A stretch of 64,000 nucleotides of DNA from Utricularia gibba (taxonomy: Eukaryota; Plantae; Magnoliophyta): the NCBI GenBank assembly GCA_002189035.1, contig CM007990.1, forward strand, positions 4,712,001 through 4,776,000, written 5' to 3'. The notes beneath the pieces were generated by a model, which was given only the letters and a program-made list of their open reading frames with translations, was not told the DNA's origin and ran no database searches. Of this stretch, positions 37,385 to 49,390 are shown in pieces. Position 1 is the first letter of the stretch. Each line of letters opens with the position of its first letter. A program made the translations under genes and the position numbers.

Positions 37385-39069
37385 TTAAGGCAGGGCAGTC
37401 AAGCATGGCTGAAAAGCTGTGCCACAAGCAATGTACTTGACCTTCCTCCCCAAGGTGACCTTCGTCCATTCCCGGCTAGTCATGTCATAGGTTAATAGCC
37501 GGTTCATTTGCCGCGATCTCAGGGACAGCATGAGCAAGCCTTTGTTTCCAAGGCAGGTCATTCTCACGTGCTTTCCATAGAACTCCAAGCACCATAAATT
37601 TGGCATTCTGTCAACCTCCTTCCACAGCATAGTCATCTTCTGCAGCTCCCATATGCAGATGCAGGTTGCTGCGTTCTTCCTCAACAAGCCGACCAGCATG
37701 ATCTTCCCATTGCATTCAGCTAGAGTTTGGCAGCTTAGATGTCGAGGAGCAGGGATGGCCAACTGTTCCCATACCCCAGTTTCTATGTTGCAGGACACTA
37801 CTCCATCAGGATATGTGCGCATGAAGTACACAGTTCTGTTGACACAAATTGCTTGAGACCTGAAGTTGTGTGCAATTGGAAGATCAATAGCAGATGACAT
37901 GCTTCTAGGGCGGCACCACGAGCCCTTCGTCGAGTCGAAGATTTCATACTCGCCCTCACAACTAACACAAAGTATCCTGTATCCTGACTGAGGAGAATGG
38001 CCATCTAGAGTCATCCCAACAGCTACTCGATACTGGTCAGAAATCGATATGGGTGGCAACTTCTTGCATGATCTTGTTAGAGGATTGCAAATGTAGAAGC
38101 TTTTGTCACCATAATCAAGGAAGCAGATGAGTCCTCCAGCTGAGGCCACAGGTAAACGTCTTGGCGCTGATACCATAGCTGCTGGCTTAGGATGATACCA
38201 CCTCTTCGAGGTGGGATCATACATTGATCCCATGTTTGATTTCTCATGAGTAACAGTGTAGAACCAAGATTGAGGCTGCTGCTTCTTCTGAGCATACTCC
38301 TGTGTGAAACTTTGAGATGTTAGCAGCATGTTCCATTCCTTGCAGACTAATCGAAACCGAAAGAATGCCGGTATCGGCAGTCTTGCTATTACAGCCTCCC
38401 ACAGATCTTCAGGGAACTCTTTCCAGAGATCCTCGTTCATGTTTTCATTTGAGTTTTTAGGGAGACGACTCCGCCCTTTACGAGCTCTCTTCGTGGAGGG
38501 TATACTAGGTTCCATCATGCGAGTGTTTTCTGATTTTCCAACAGTCATTAAGGCAGTACGGCAGCTCTCGTTCAATATCCCAGTACCTACATCAAAACAC
38601 CATCTGCAAAATAGCCGACACATCTTGAGATTCCTCAAGTTTGGATCCACAAGGGATACAGAGAGTGAAGCAGAATGTCAAAAAGTAACCATCCTTTCAG
38701 AATAATGAATCACGAACGCTCCTCCCCTTTAACTGGAATGGTATTTACATTGGCCACATCCACGCTATCTCTATCAACAAAACTACCTTAGGATAAGGGC
38801 ATCACATTTTAGCAGCGAGACAGAGAACCGAGGATGCATAAAGCAATTTCATGTAAGAAGAAACTAGAAACAGATCGCATTCAGCCAACCGCGGATAAGG
38901 ATGAATTCCCAATGAATCACAACCCTCATACTTGAAATCGAATAAGGGAACAAACTTTTAACCTGATAGGGTGCCGGTGGTGAACCCAACTGGGGGATTG
39001 AAACAGAATATCGAAATCTGAAGAAGGCGCCAGAATCTCCTCCGATTGGGTGATAAGCTGCCCTTCCAT
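37385..39069 (-). CDS. LCR: F-box protein LEAF CURLING RESPONSIVENESS (F-box only 6)-like, 2 exons
   Basis: Exon 1 is 39069-38963 (MEGQLITQ..HPIR); exon 2 starts RWCF; F-box FPEDLWEAVIARLPIPAFFRFRLVCKEW; C-terminal WKEVDRMPN carrying the miR394 site; ends ACGTAFQPCLTA. Confidence 0.88.
37600..37619 (-). promoter_or_regulatory. miR394 target site
   Basis: mRNA GGAGGTTGACAGAATGCCAA; the + strand TTGGCATTCTGTCAACCTCC differs from miR394 at one position, as in known LCR genes. Confidence 0.92.
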
Positions 39070-39919
39070 CACTCAAAACGACAACCTATACCCTGTACCA
39101 GTGGGGGCTCTCAGTTCCAGCCTCTACAACACAACAAAAAGTCAACGAGATATGCGTTTTCTATGTTGATTTGAGGACCTTCACCTCCACAATTTGTACG
39201 AGGCGCTTGGGCGTGAAAAAGTACAGACCTTGAAGCGCCCCAACACCTGCCTTCCCTCCCCTGCGCCTACTGTCAACTACTCCACTATTCAGCTGCGGCT
39301 TCTTAATTAACGCTGACACAATTATCTCCTCCGGGAGAGAAGATAAAATCATTATTTTATTAGGAGTCAACCAAATCTGTTGTTTTTTTTTCCTTTTTTT
39401 ATTAATAAAACAAAAACACATTATTTAAATTTGTATTTGCATTCATGCGCTTCATCACCTGGAAAAGCCCAATAAAAGCCCATTTATAAGCCCAACATGA
39501 TTTGATTAAACAAATATTATTTACGAAGTTTTATTATAGTGTTGTGATCAATTTCGAAACTGATGGATTTGATTGATTCATATGGATGTCTGAAAAAATT
39601 TATCGATGTTGAACTTGTTGAAAATTTGATATTGAATAAGAGGTGTAAAATTAAATATTAATTCATTTCAATTAGTTTATATGTAAAGAATAAAAACAAT
39701 ATAACAATTTATATGAACATGTTTTCTTATTTTCCATTTTACTTAACCAACTTAGCCTCCTACTCCATTGCTAGAGACTTTGAGTGAAAGAAGTGATTTT
39801 TGTTGAAAAGGCGATATCTTTGTACAATCATTTGCATTTTTCAACAACATTGGCTACAAACTGGAAAGATGAAGATGCAGAAACTCCAGTCTGGATCAAA
39901 AGCACCTCCGCAACTGCTC

Positions 39920-40942
39920 TCATTTGGGTGTAAAAGACTGGAAAAAAAAAAAACCACTTAGTATGGTATTCGGAGGAGAAACAAAAGTAAGATTTGAAGA
40001 TGGGACTTGAGTTGCGCTTACAGCGAAAATGGTGGCGTGCCCAGGATCTGCTAGATGAGCGAAGAGGTTATCAATGGGTCCTGTTCCGGTGTAGATGTGC
40101 TGAAACCACGCACCCATCACCGCCAACATCGCCAATCTCCCGTTCTTGATCTCCTTCGTTCTGATCTCCTTCACTTTTTCCGGCGACCCAGATCCCCAGC
40201 CGAGGGGATCGAACCAGAGACCGCCTGGGTAACCGACGTCGGTTCCGGTGAGCTTGTTGGTAGGGAAGATGGGATCGGTGTTCACGCTGCCGGGTTTGAT
40301 GATATCCGCCCATCTCCGACCCTCAGCCCATCCGATCAGAATGAGCTCAATTATGAAAAGCGTGGTTGTATCGGTGAAGTACTCTTGCTCGCCGGCGGTG
40401 TACCACGATGGGGTATTGAGGACCCCAATCTTCGTTAGGAATTCAGGGATGAAGATTCCAGCGGCTCCCAACATGGCCCATCTGCCGTGAACGATCTCCG
40501 ATTGCTGGTTCCATTTCAAGGTCTCTGGATCAGATCCTGTGAGTGTTCATCGGAATTGGTTAATATAGGAACTGAATACGCTGGGTTTCTGGGGATTTAA
40601 ATTTTTTATAAAACTGTACCCAATCCCAGAGGGTCGAAACCGAAATCTCCGGGAAGGCTGCCGTCGAGCCATGCCGGCGGGGTGCTGCCGGGGAACCAAA
40701 TGGGTCTATCTGGATCGGCCGCAACGCAGACGGCGACTGACCGGGAGCTCGGCTGATTTGCATTCTTGCCACCGACTCTGAGTTTTCTCGATCCGAAGAA
40801 GGAGCTCCTGGTGCTGGAACCACAATGAAATTCACATTCAGCGACGAATGCGAATGGAAAACAATCAGCGAGCAAGCACTTACCTTGGGGATGAAAAGGC
40901 CACGGCGGCGATGGCTGACGAAGCGCAGGCGGAGGCGGCCAT
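39920..40942 (-). CDS. LHCA2: Photosystem I light-harvesting protein Lhca2, 4 exons
   Basis: [81 protein letters not shown]; ends FTPK. Confidence 0.95.
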
Positions 40943-41021
40943 GTCGACGAATTTAGACTACCGTCCTAGCGTCTGATGTGTGTCCCTCCCGTCAGAAATG
41001 CAAGGATCTTGTAATCAACGG

Positions 41022-41089
41022 CTTATCCCTTGAGAATAAGGGTGAAGCCTGCGATTGGACGACTTGCAATCCAGCGACTGCCACGTGGC
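41022..41089 (-). promoter_or_regulatory. Light-responsive promoter module of Lhca2: I-box, CCAAT box, G-box
   Basis: GGATAAG (minus strand, 41022-41028), CCAATC (41053-41058) and palindromic GCCACGTGGC (41080-41089), 80-150 bp upstream of the ATG. Confidence 0.7.
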
Positions 41090-42019
41090 TCCCCATATCA
41101 AAATCATTCGCTACTGACAGCCAGCTGAGCAGTCATCCCGACCAGAATTGCCTGGAAAGGTGACCGGAGGGGGCCTCCAGGATCAGCTGCTCGACGACCT
41201 GCGACGCCTTGTCGCCTGGAGCTTCTTGGCCGGAGAACTACATGCGTCAATGAGAAAGCCTTGAAATATATAACATGAACAGGTAACTACTCCATAGAAG
41301 GCCTTGAGACATATGTAGCTAACCAGCGAGTCTACATTAACCACAGGGGAACATTGGAACCAGATCTACCTGGGGATCTAACTCCAAGAATCCAGAACCT
41401 CTAAATGCAGCATCTTGCTGAGTGCTTTGCTTTGCTGAGTTCCGAAAGGGAGCATCTTTGTCAACAAACAGAGAGACAAATGGCGGTCATGATGGACATG
41501 AGTACCAGGAAATAATAGAAAGAGCGCACCTTGCCGTCAAGAACCAAGGAAATTACTTTGAATCTCTCCCAAACTGGCTCCATAGCGGCCTTCACAGTGT
41601 TTTCCGCTGTGCCCAGTGGTGATTTCAACGACCGGGGTCCTGGAATTGCCATAATCATGCAGATTTGAGAAGAAAACCATGGTGTTTACGGCCAGGATCC
41701 TGACAAAAACCCTAGTGTTTCAACTGCCTTCACCTTCGACAACAGTACTTTTAGCATGCAACTGGTGGACAACAAATTGACGAACTAAACAAAAAAAAAA
41801 CGAACCTGAGGCGCAGCCATGGTCACGTTCCAGAAACCTCGGAGATCCAGATCCTCGACATTCGCTCACTGGCGTTGGGAGAGAAATGACGACAGTAAAG
41901 GAAGTGCGTTCCATCGTCAGCGGCCGCCGCATTCCTTTTGGTTCTCAAACGTAAATTTGCGAATTTTCCGCCGAATGTCGTCGTCTCTGTGAGCCGAAGT
42001 TTCGGCAACAGATTTGTAT

Positions 42020-42740
42020 TGTTAGAATACACAATATAAATTGTGGATCATTATTGAGCTTAATCTTTTCTATTGTAATCCATGTTTCTTGTATACTTGA
42101 TTATTCCACTTTCATTCTCCGATATGGGATTGTGTATTCTAACATCCGCCCTCAAGTCGAACTGATCTGTGATCCAATGATGACTTGCTCTTTTTTTTTG
42201 TGATTGTAGGTAATGATCGAATCATAGGTCGATCTAATTTTTTATCGCTTAATTCCAATGCATCTCCTTATTTTTACTTTTTTTTTAATTGAAACTCAAA
42301 CCAGAATGAAACCCATCTTAACCATCCAAGCCGTGACGTGAGGCAAACGATCTGATACCATGTTGAAATTCAAGATATGTCTTGAACTCGGCATATCCCT
42401 GAGCCTGTTGGAATCGCCACCTTATACAATCTAAGTTCCAATTCTGAATCGTCAACTTAAATCATGATCTTCCACTTGGGATCGCCGTGGGCCGGTAATC
42501 TGGACCGATCCGAGCAAGGAGCCAGGAATCGGGATGCAGCACAGCAGCAAGAACGCAACTTTATTTCAACTGGGAATTGTGGAATCATGATGTTCTAATC
42601 AAAACATATTTTACAGTCACCGATTTATAAAGGAGCCAAAGGCAAGCATTTATTTTCTTTGCTTCTCCACTTCAAGCTTCAACTTCAAGTTTTCTCCGGT
42701 GACCGTACCGTACGTACCGGGGTTGAGGCAGAAGCCAACA
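42020..42740 (-). mobile_element. Internally deleted LTR retrotransposon remnant (Copia/TRIM-like)
   Basis: Minus strand: putative 5' LTR 42740-42361 bounded by TGTTG..CAACA, PBS TGGTATCAGA at 42360-42351, 216-bp interior, PPT-like ACTTGAGGGCGGA at 42157-42145, then a 125-bp TG..CA unit (42144-42020) with 16-bp terminal inverted repeats. The two LTR-like units do not align well and no TSD was found. Confidence 0.6.
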
Positions 42741-42779
42741 GGCTGCTCGGAACTCTGGAGATACATGGGTTCATCAACC

Positions 42780-44743
42780 TCAAATTGCTGCTTCTATCTT
42801 CTCCCTAAGATTGTACTTCTCAGCTATCAGAGGGCGTACATCCTCCACTCCGACTAAGCTCTCCAGGAACGGAAGCAGCGATAACAACTCAGTATCAGAG
42901 CGATCGTCGAACCAGCTGTCGATGGGGATGCCATTGTCCAGCTGGAACCCGAAAGCCTGAACAGAAGGTGAATTTGTAGAATGCAGGGGAAGCATTAAAC
43001 GGAAAAGCAGCCAATGTGAGTGCCTACCTGAGGAGAGTTGTCAATGATGATGACATGTGCCAAATCACGGCCAAGAACTGATAGATCTTTGAGGTAGTTC
43101 CCATCAACTAATACACAGGAGTCTCGATAGACACGATGACGGAATATCTTTCGTTTGGGATCGAGGACGTTCAGGAGCTGCTCAGCATAAATGCTTTGGC
43201 TAGCCGTGAATATTATAATCTCAAAGAGGCCAGATACCTTGTGTAAGAAATCTCTTAGATGAGGGCGGCAACGCACGTATACAGTGTGGTCCTTTTGGTT
43301 GAAATTCACAGAGAATGTGAAATCTGCATCCTCGCATGGTTCAAGTGAAGAGTGCACCAAGGTCTCTGACAAACAAGTAGCAGATCCATGTCAATAAGGA
43401 TTCAGAGGGGTATCTGAAAGAAGACAGTATGCATGTATTGAGAGGAACTTCCAAGCGCAAAGTAACAGATGATTACCATCCAAGTCAAGAACAAGTGAGG
43501 TTGGGGGGCAGCTTCTTGTTCGCTTAGGCAATAGCATAGGCCGGAAAGTTGGCACTACGGATGACAACGCAGGCAAATGTTTTATGAACAAGAATGGGTC
43601 AAAGTCATCATATTCAATAGCTTGTTCATCTTCGTGAACATTAACAGACATGTGATCTTCATTGTTCTCATCTGTGCATTCCAGATTTGAATTCTTCAAG
43701 GAGACATATAAAGCTGAAGCTTCATGCGTGAAAGCACCATAATCTGAATTTCAAGAACAAGATAGAAAACAGCTCTAATGCACACTGAATACTGAAATTC
43801 ACATGAACATGCATTGTTAAACGAACATAAATACCAGTTTCGCCCATGTGTCCTTCCTCTTTATCGTGATATTGCACATTCTCATGCTGAAACACGTTGT
43901 AGAAGTCTGCAGGAAAGACAGGGTAAGCTTGCACAATAGGAAGAAAAGTAAGAGCAATAAACCAAGGAATACAATACCTTCTTTAGAAACCTCCCCTCCA
44001 TTGCTTCGCCCAACATGAAACGAAGGGGAAAATATGGTGTCCGCAACACAATTAGGTCCCGTTTGATGCTTCTAGAGACAATAAACATTTAGGTCAGGTG
44101 GCAAGTTGACTTGGATAAGTACTTAGAATTAGAGCAAACGGGGACATGCAGTACAGTAACGGTGCCTCGTAAGAAAGAGGGATTGCATTATAATTCATAT
44201 ATAAAGTATGCAACTACCTCAGTATCTACTAATGAAACATTAGTTTCATGTTGAGAGTGGAAGACCTCGCAAACACAGGAACCATCAGCATCCTCCAGAG
44301 TGAACTGTGAATACAAATCTCTTCCATCCACAGGATCTTGAATTGCCATTGAAGGAGTGCCAACTGAAAGGTGCAACATATACAAACCAAATCAGATATT
44401 CGCGTGGAAGACGCACACAGAAAAATGAAGCTACAAAAAGGCTGTATAAAGGTCCTGAGAGGCACGACCCAAAACCCAGATTTTCAAAGAAGGGTAGGGT
44501 AGGGTAATTCACTCTTTTATAACTTTAGAGACATATAAGCATATTTCCATATTTCATGGCATAAATCATAGAAATGACTTCCAAATACCTACCAACTTTC
44601 TTCTTCCTAACTGAAGATGTGATTAGCTCTGTAATGTTCTTTGACTTTTGTGTAGTTTCAACAAATTTCTTTCGCTGTCTACGAACCTTTGAACTGGTAA
44701 TCTCTTGAGAAGTTTGCACATTTGCTCGTCTCCTGGTAGGCAT
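42780..44743 (-). CDS. SCP1-like small CTD phosphatase (FCP1/NIF domain, CTDSPL2-like)
   Basis: LVLDLD|ETLVHS catalytic DxDxT motif, [45 protein letters not shown]|[12 protein letters not shown]. The start is inferred from [15 protein letters not shown]. Confidence 0.88.
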
Positions 44744-46190
44744 TTCTCAAACAGATGCACAGCGAGAAATCACCTTTTTTCCTACACCTCATAAAATAAC
44801 TCAAGTTCTAAACAGAATTTTTACAAAAGCCCATAAGCACATCACCTATTTAACCGATACAGTTACATCAATCAAGCACAAAGATTACACCTGCAATCAT
44901 CTACCATAAAAAAAAATATCAACTTCTACATAAAAAGGCCTATATACTCTGCACTGGAGAACCCTCATGTCGAATGAAAAATCGCTCCTTCCCAAAATCA
45001 AGCATTCTCAACCATCCAGGACTACCACTCAGCTTAGTTACAAGATTTCTTTATCATAACACACCACACAATAAATTGAGCTGAATCGAGAAACCCATTC
45101 ACAGAATACAAATGCCTGAAACCTTAAACCAAAGCAAACATGAAACCCTAAATGCAATTCAATAAAGTACATGATAAGAAAACGCAGAATCAAATGCTGA
45201 ATCGAAGTCTACAAAGTACACCGACCAACTTCGCTGAAGATCTCCCAAAACTGATTCACGGAAGCATGAAGCAATTAAATTGCACAGCCTTCTTCGTAGA
45301 GCAGCTCAAAACGTGTCTTTTCCCTCCAAAGATTCCAGCGGTGGAGAAATAGAGGGAAAGCAAATAAGCTTGAAATCGTAGTACTTGTAGTTTTCTTTTG
45401 TTGAGAAAAAAAAAATAGTCAAACGAAAGCTGTATTTTCCATTTTTTGTTTTTTGTAATATTTATTACATTTGAAAAGTAAAATTTTCAGAACGGTGAGG
45501 TGACGAGTTCCTCACACGCTCACTGCGTGGCGCGTGGAGATTCTACCAATCATACAGATTCTATTTGGGCTACAAAAGGCCCAATTCAGAATTGGGCCCA
45601 ATAGATTTAGCACCTGTGACTTCGTGAGAGAAGCGCGGACCATTCTGATCCCCCGGAATTCCGCACTTCTCTCGCTCTCCCAACTTCAAGGTTTGGTGTT
45701 TTGCGATTTTGAGCAGAATTAGTTTCATGGTTTTGGTTCTTGACTGGAAACCTTGAGTCTTTTTTTTGCCGTACTCTACAATGCGTTGATATTGTGAATT
45801 GGGTGAAATGTTTATTGTGCTTTTGAATCCGATGTCGTTCATGGTTTGGATGATTATCAGGTTTTTTAGTCGATTCTTGTGGTGGGTGGTGGGTTTTTAA
45901 TCACGCTGTGTTTATGCGCAATTGATTAAGCATTTTTTTGGGGGTAGCTGCCCGTTTGATGGATGCGTTCCTTTCCAGAAGACCCTATTTACCTTCCATA
46001 AAAATTGCAAAGTTAATTGCTGGCAGTTTGTCGGTGATATTTGCTGCTTATGTTGAGTCTATTTTGTGTTTTCCTGTGGAGAGTGACATAGTTGTCTTTG
46101 ACAATGTTTTCGGTTAAAGCCTTCCACACTCGAAGCACCTTACAATGTTTAGGTATGTTGATTGTAGGTGTAGGAGTTATTAGTTACTCG

Positions 46191-46468
46191 ATGGATTGGA
46201 AGGGCAAAAGCTTTCAGAGCAACTGATGCAAATCATGTTGGTTGCATTTGGAATAGTGGGGTTCATCACTGGCTATGCATTGGGGTCATTCCAGGCAATG
46301 CTGTACGTTTATGCGGCTGGGGTTTTGTTAACTTCTCTCATCACTATTCCTGATTGGCCATTCTTCAATCGCCACCCTCTCAACTGGTTGGACGCAAGCG
46401 AGGTTGAAAAGCATCCAAAGCCTCAAAACCCGAATGCCGCCCCGAAGAAAAAAGCATCCAAGAAGTAG
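46191..46468 (+). CDS. SPCS1: Signal peptidase complex subunit 1 (SPC12/SPCS1), intronless CDS; apparent -1 frameshift at 46198-46199
   Basis: ATG GAT TGG (G)AA GGG CAA AAG gives MDWEGQKLSEQLMQ; two transmembrane segments; IPDWPFFNRHPLNWLD. Confidence 0.9.
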
Positions 46469-46922
46469 TTCTTAGTGGCCCAGATTACTCCTACCTAGTT
46501 GTTCACAAGGTTTGTAGCAGTTGTGTTGGAGATGGCATCTGAAAACCTGCATTTCTCTTGCAATATCCGGAGGAATTGTGTGCTGGTGAAAGACTGAAAC
46601 TGAGTCTACATACTGTTCTTTTATGAGATCCTCGAGCTTCATCATATACTTTTGGTTATATGAAGCTTTGCTCTAGCTCTGGAAGTGACAACAGCATTAG
46701 TTTCTGTCGGATTTTTGAATTTTAAATTATGAAAAGCAATTTTAGGATTTTCATTGGCCTAAAGAGTAATTATGCGTTCCTTTGGGGAGTATTATGAAAT
46801 AAAAGAAAAAGGAAATTGGCGGCAAGATTACCACTTCAGTCCTTAGGTTTCGACTTCGAGGCTTTCATTTGGAGGAACAATCTCTCCGATCCGACAACTA
46901 GGGCTCCGACGGTCCCAACAGG

Positions 46923-49135
46923 ATGTTCGGAGCTCCGGCGTCGTCTACGCCGGCTTTTGGTACGCCGTCCTCGACGTCGCTCTTTGGGACACCGCCAGCG
47001 ACGACCCCTGCCTTCGGTTCCCCTTTCTCCACTCCGGCGTTCGGTACTCCGTCTATCCCAGCATTCGGTGGACGTCAACTCCCGCATTCGGTACTCCGTC
47101 AACTCCGGCATTCGGTACTCCGTCTACCCCAGCATTCGGTACGCCATCTACTCCGGCGTTCGGTACACCGTCAACTCCGGCATTCGGTACGCCGTCAACT
47201 CCGGCATTTGGTACTCCGTCTACCCCAGCTTTCGGTACGCCGTCGGCTCCAGCATTCGGAGGCTCTCTCTTTTCTACACCCTTCCCGCAGCAGCAGCAAA
47301 CGTCATCTCTGTTTCAGACGCCGCAGCCGCAGCAAAGCCCCTTCGGTGTATTTTCACCAGCGCCGCAAGCGTCCCCGATCGGAAATGCTCCTTTGATACC
47401 CAGTTTTATGAATTCTCAGTTAACTACTCAAATGGCGCCCGTGGCCCCTCTTCCCTTTTCCCTTGCGGATCGAGATATTCAAGTGAGAATGCTTTTTTTA
47501 GCTCTTACACCAAGTTTCCACAAGTTGCATGATTTGAATGCCTTTTTTTTGTGCTACCAGGCCATCCTTGATGCATACAAGGAGGATGCTGGCAATCTTA
47601 AATATGCCTTTAAGGTATGATTCTTCTGATCGCGTCTTCTTCTCTACAAGTTTCGATTTGGTGCTTGAAATCGAAGAGTAATAATCCCAAAAACGAATTG
47701 AAGGACAATGAATTCACCACGATCGCTTGGAATCTTTTATTAACTCTTGAGATTTTTTTTTTCTATTTTTATTGCTCCTTTTTTACCAGTTGAACGTGTT
47801 TGTTTATGCCTTGCAGCACTTACTGTTCAGTGTGATTGAACCTCAATGTAGAGTGAAGCCTGCTGGTGTATCAGATGTGAGTGCACAAAGCCTACTGATT
47901 TGCTTAGATTCTATTTCGTGAATATAGTAAAATGTTTAGACTTCCAGATCATGTGGGCAGAGGCAATTGCGAAACTTGAGGGCATGGAAAGTTCCAACAG
48001 AGAGCGTTTATGGCCTCAACTGGTGCAGGGTTTCAAAGACCTTTCATATCGGCTCAAGGTGTGGATTTTTTTAGTTTGCATTTTTTCCTCCAGTGTATCT
48101 TCAATCAAATCTTCATTCCCTTGCAGCATGATCTTTTAGTTCTTATATAAATTCTTTTGCATGTGTTAATGAATTTTTTAGGGTGTTTCTTTCATAAGAT
48201 ACCTTTGTATTCTGATACCGGAATTCTTTGCGTAGCTTCAAGATGAAGTCATCCAGTCAGATTCTGAGAGACTGAAAATGACACAGGGTAATGTTAAGAT
48301 GGTAATTACCCTCTCGAATTCTCTCGTGCTCTCTTTCCTTTTTTTTTTTTTTGAATGTCTTGCCAAGGCTTTAAATGCACAGATCTCCTCATGTGTCTAG
48401 ATGCATCCTTGAAGGTCATTCTTTTTTTTGATTTTTTTTGATTTTTTTTTCACAGCTCCAAGTACATTTTCATGCTGACATACTACCTTGGATTCAACGT
48501 ATGCAACAGAAAGAGCAAGGCCTTCAGCGACGCCTCTTAAGGGTAGGCCTTTTTTTTTCTGTCAATAATTCGTCACATTATGTTAAGCAGCTTCCTCTCA
48601 TATGACACAGGTAATGAGGATAATAGAGGCGCTGGAGGGCAAAGGTGGTCGATTGCCATTAATGAAAGGGGAGGTAGAGTTAGCAGAGAAGTTGGCTGCA
48701 ATTGTTAGACAGGTGAAACAGATTGTAGCATGTAAAAGAATATCTTGAAAGGACGCAAAACAGTCTTACCATCAGAGGTTTTGACCTTTCAGTTAAGAGG
48801 TTCCGGAGCAGAACTTTCCAGACGGGTGCAGAGTCTTCTCACACTATCTCGCCTTCAAGTGGATGGCATGAATGGTAGCATGAATTACCTTCTAGGGTCA
48901 GCCAGAATACAAGAACGGAGCTTAGATGACATGCAGAAGGTAGAAAAGCAGTTGGTTAAATTACATTCCTGCAATGCAATGACATATTCTTGAGGCATGA
49001 CGTATCTCGTGTTTCTCTGTGTAGGTGCTGCAACAGCAGACGGACGCCATCGCCAGGTTAGGAAATGTTCTTAAACGTGACATGCGAGACATGGAAATTA
49101 TAATGGCTGAAGATATCGAGATGAATGAAGGCTAG
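46923..49135 (+). CDS. NUP54: Nucleoporin Nup54; apparent -1 frameshift at 47070-47071 within the FG repeats
   Basis: About 12 STPAFG-type repeats; [27 protein letters not shown]|[22 protein letters not shown] and [18 protein letters not shown]; stop TAG at 49133-49135. Confidence 0.92.
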
Positions 49136-49390
49136 TACATGTCATACATGACTACAAGTCCTTGTTGGAAAAATTAGCCCTAGTTTTGCTTCCATTTTAT
49201 TGTCCATTTCTAGATTTGCCGTGATGTTTGGTTTGCCATTAGCATATTAGTGTCATAATATTTTTTCTCGTGTTATGCAAAGACCATTTCAACTGCTAGC
49301 TTCCAGTCAAGTTCATGGCCTTCTTTCATGGGAAAATTTATCCGCCGTTGCAGCTGGCTCTTAAGAACACTTGTGAATACATTTGAAATG

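Noticed and set aside
40480-40520. Lhca2 helix 1 reads [14 protein letters not shown] rather than WNVQAEIVHCRWAM
   Set aside because: The chlorophyll ligands E, H and R are retained, and HGRWAM is common among LHC proteins.
42175-42355. C box (ATGATGA) and D box (CTGA) pair suggesting a C/D snoRNA
   Set aside because: No terminal stem, internal poly-T tracts, and the CTGA is part of the retroelement PBS.
46923-47240. Regular 18-nt repeats with an array-like appearance
   Set aside because: These are coding STPAFG nucleoporin repeats with no spacers; not CRISPR-like.
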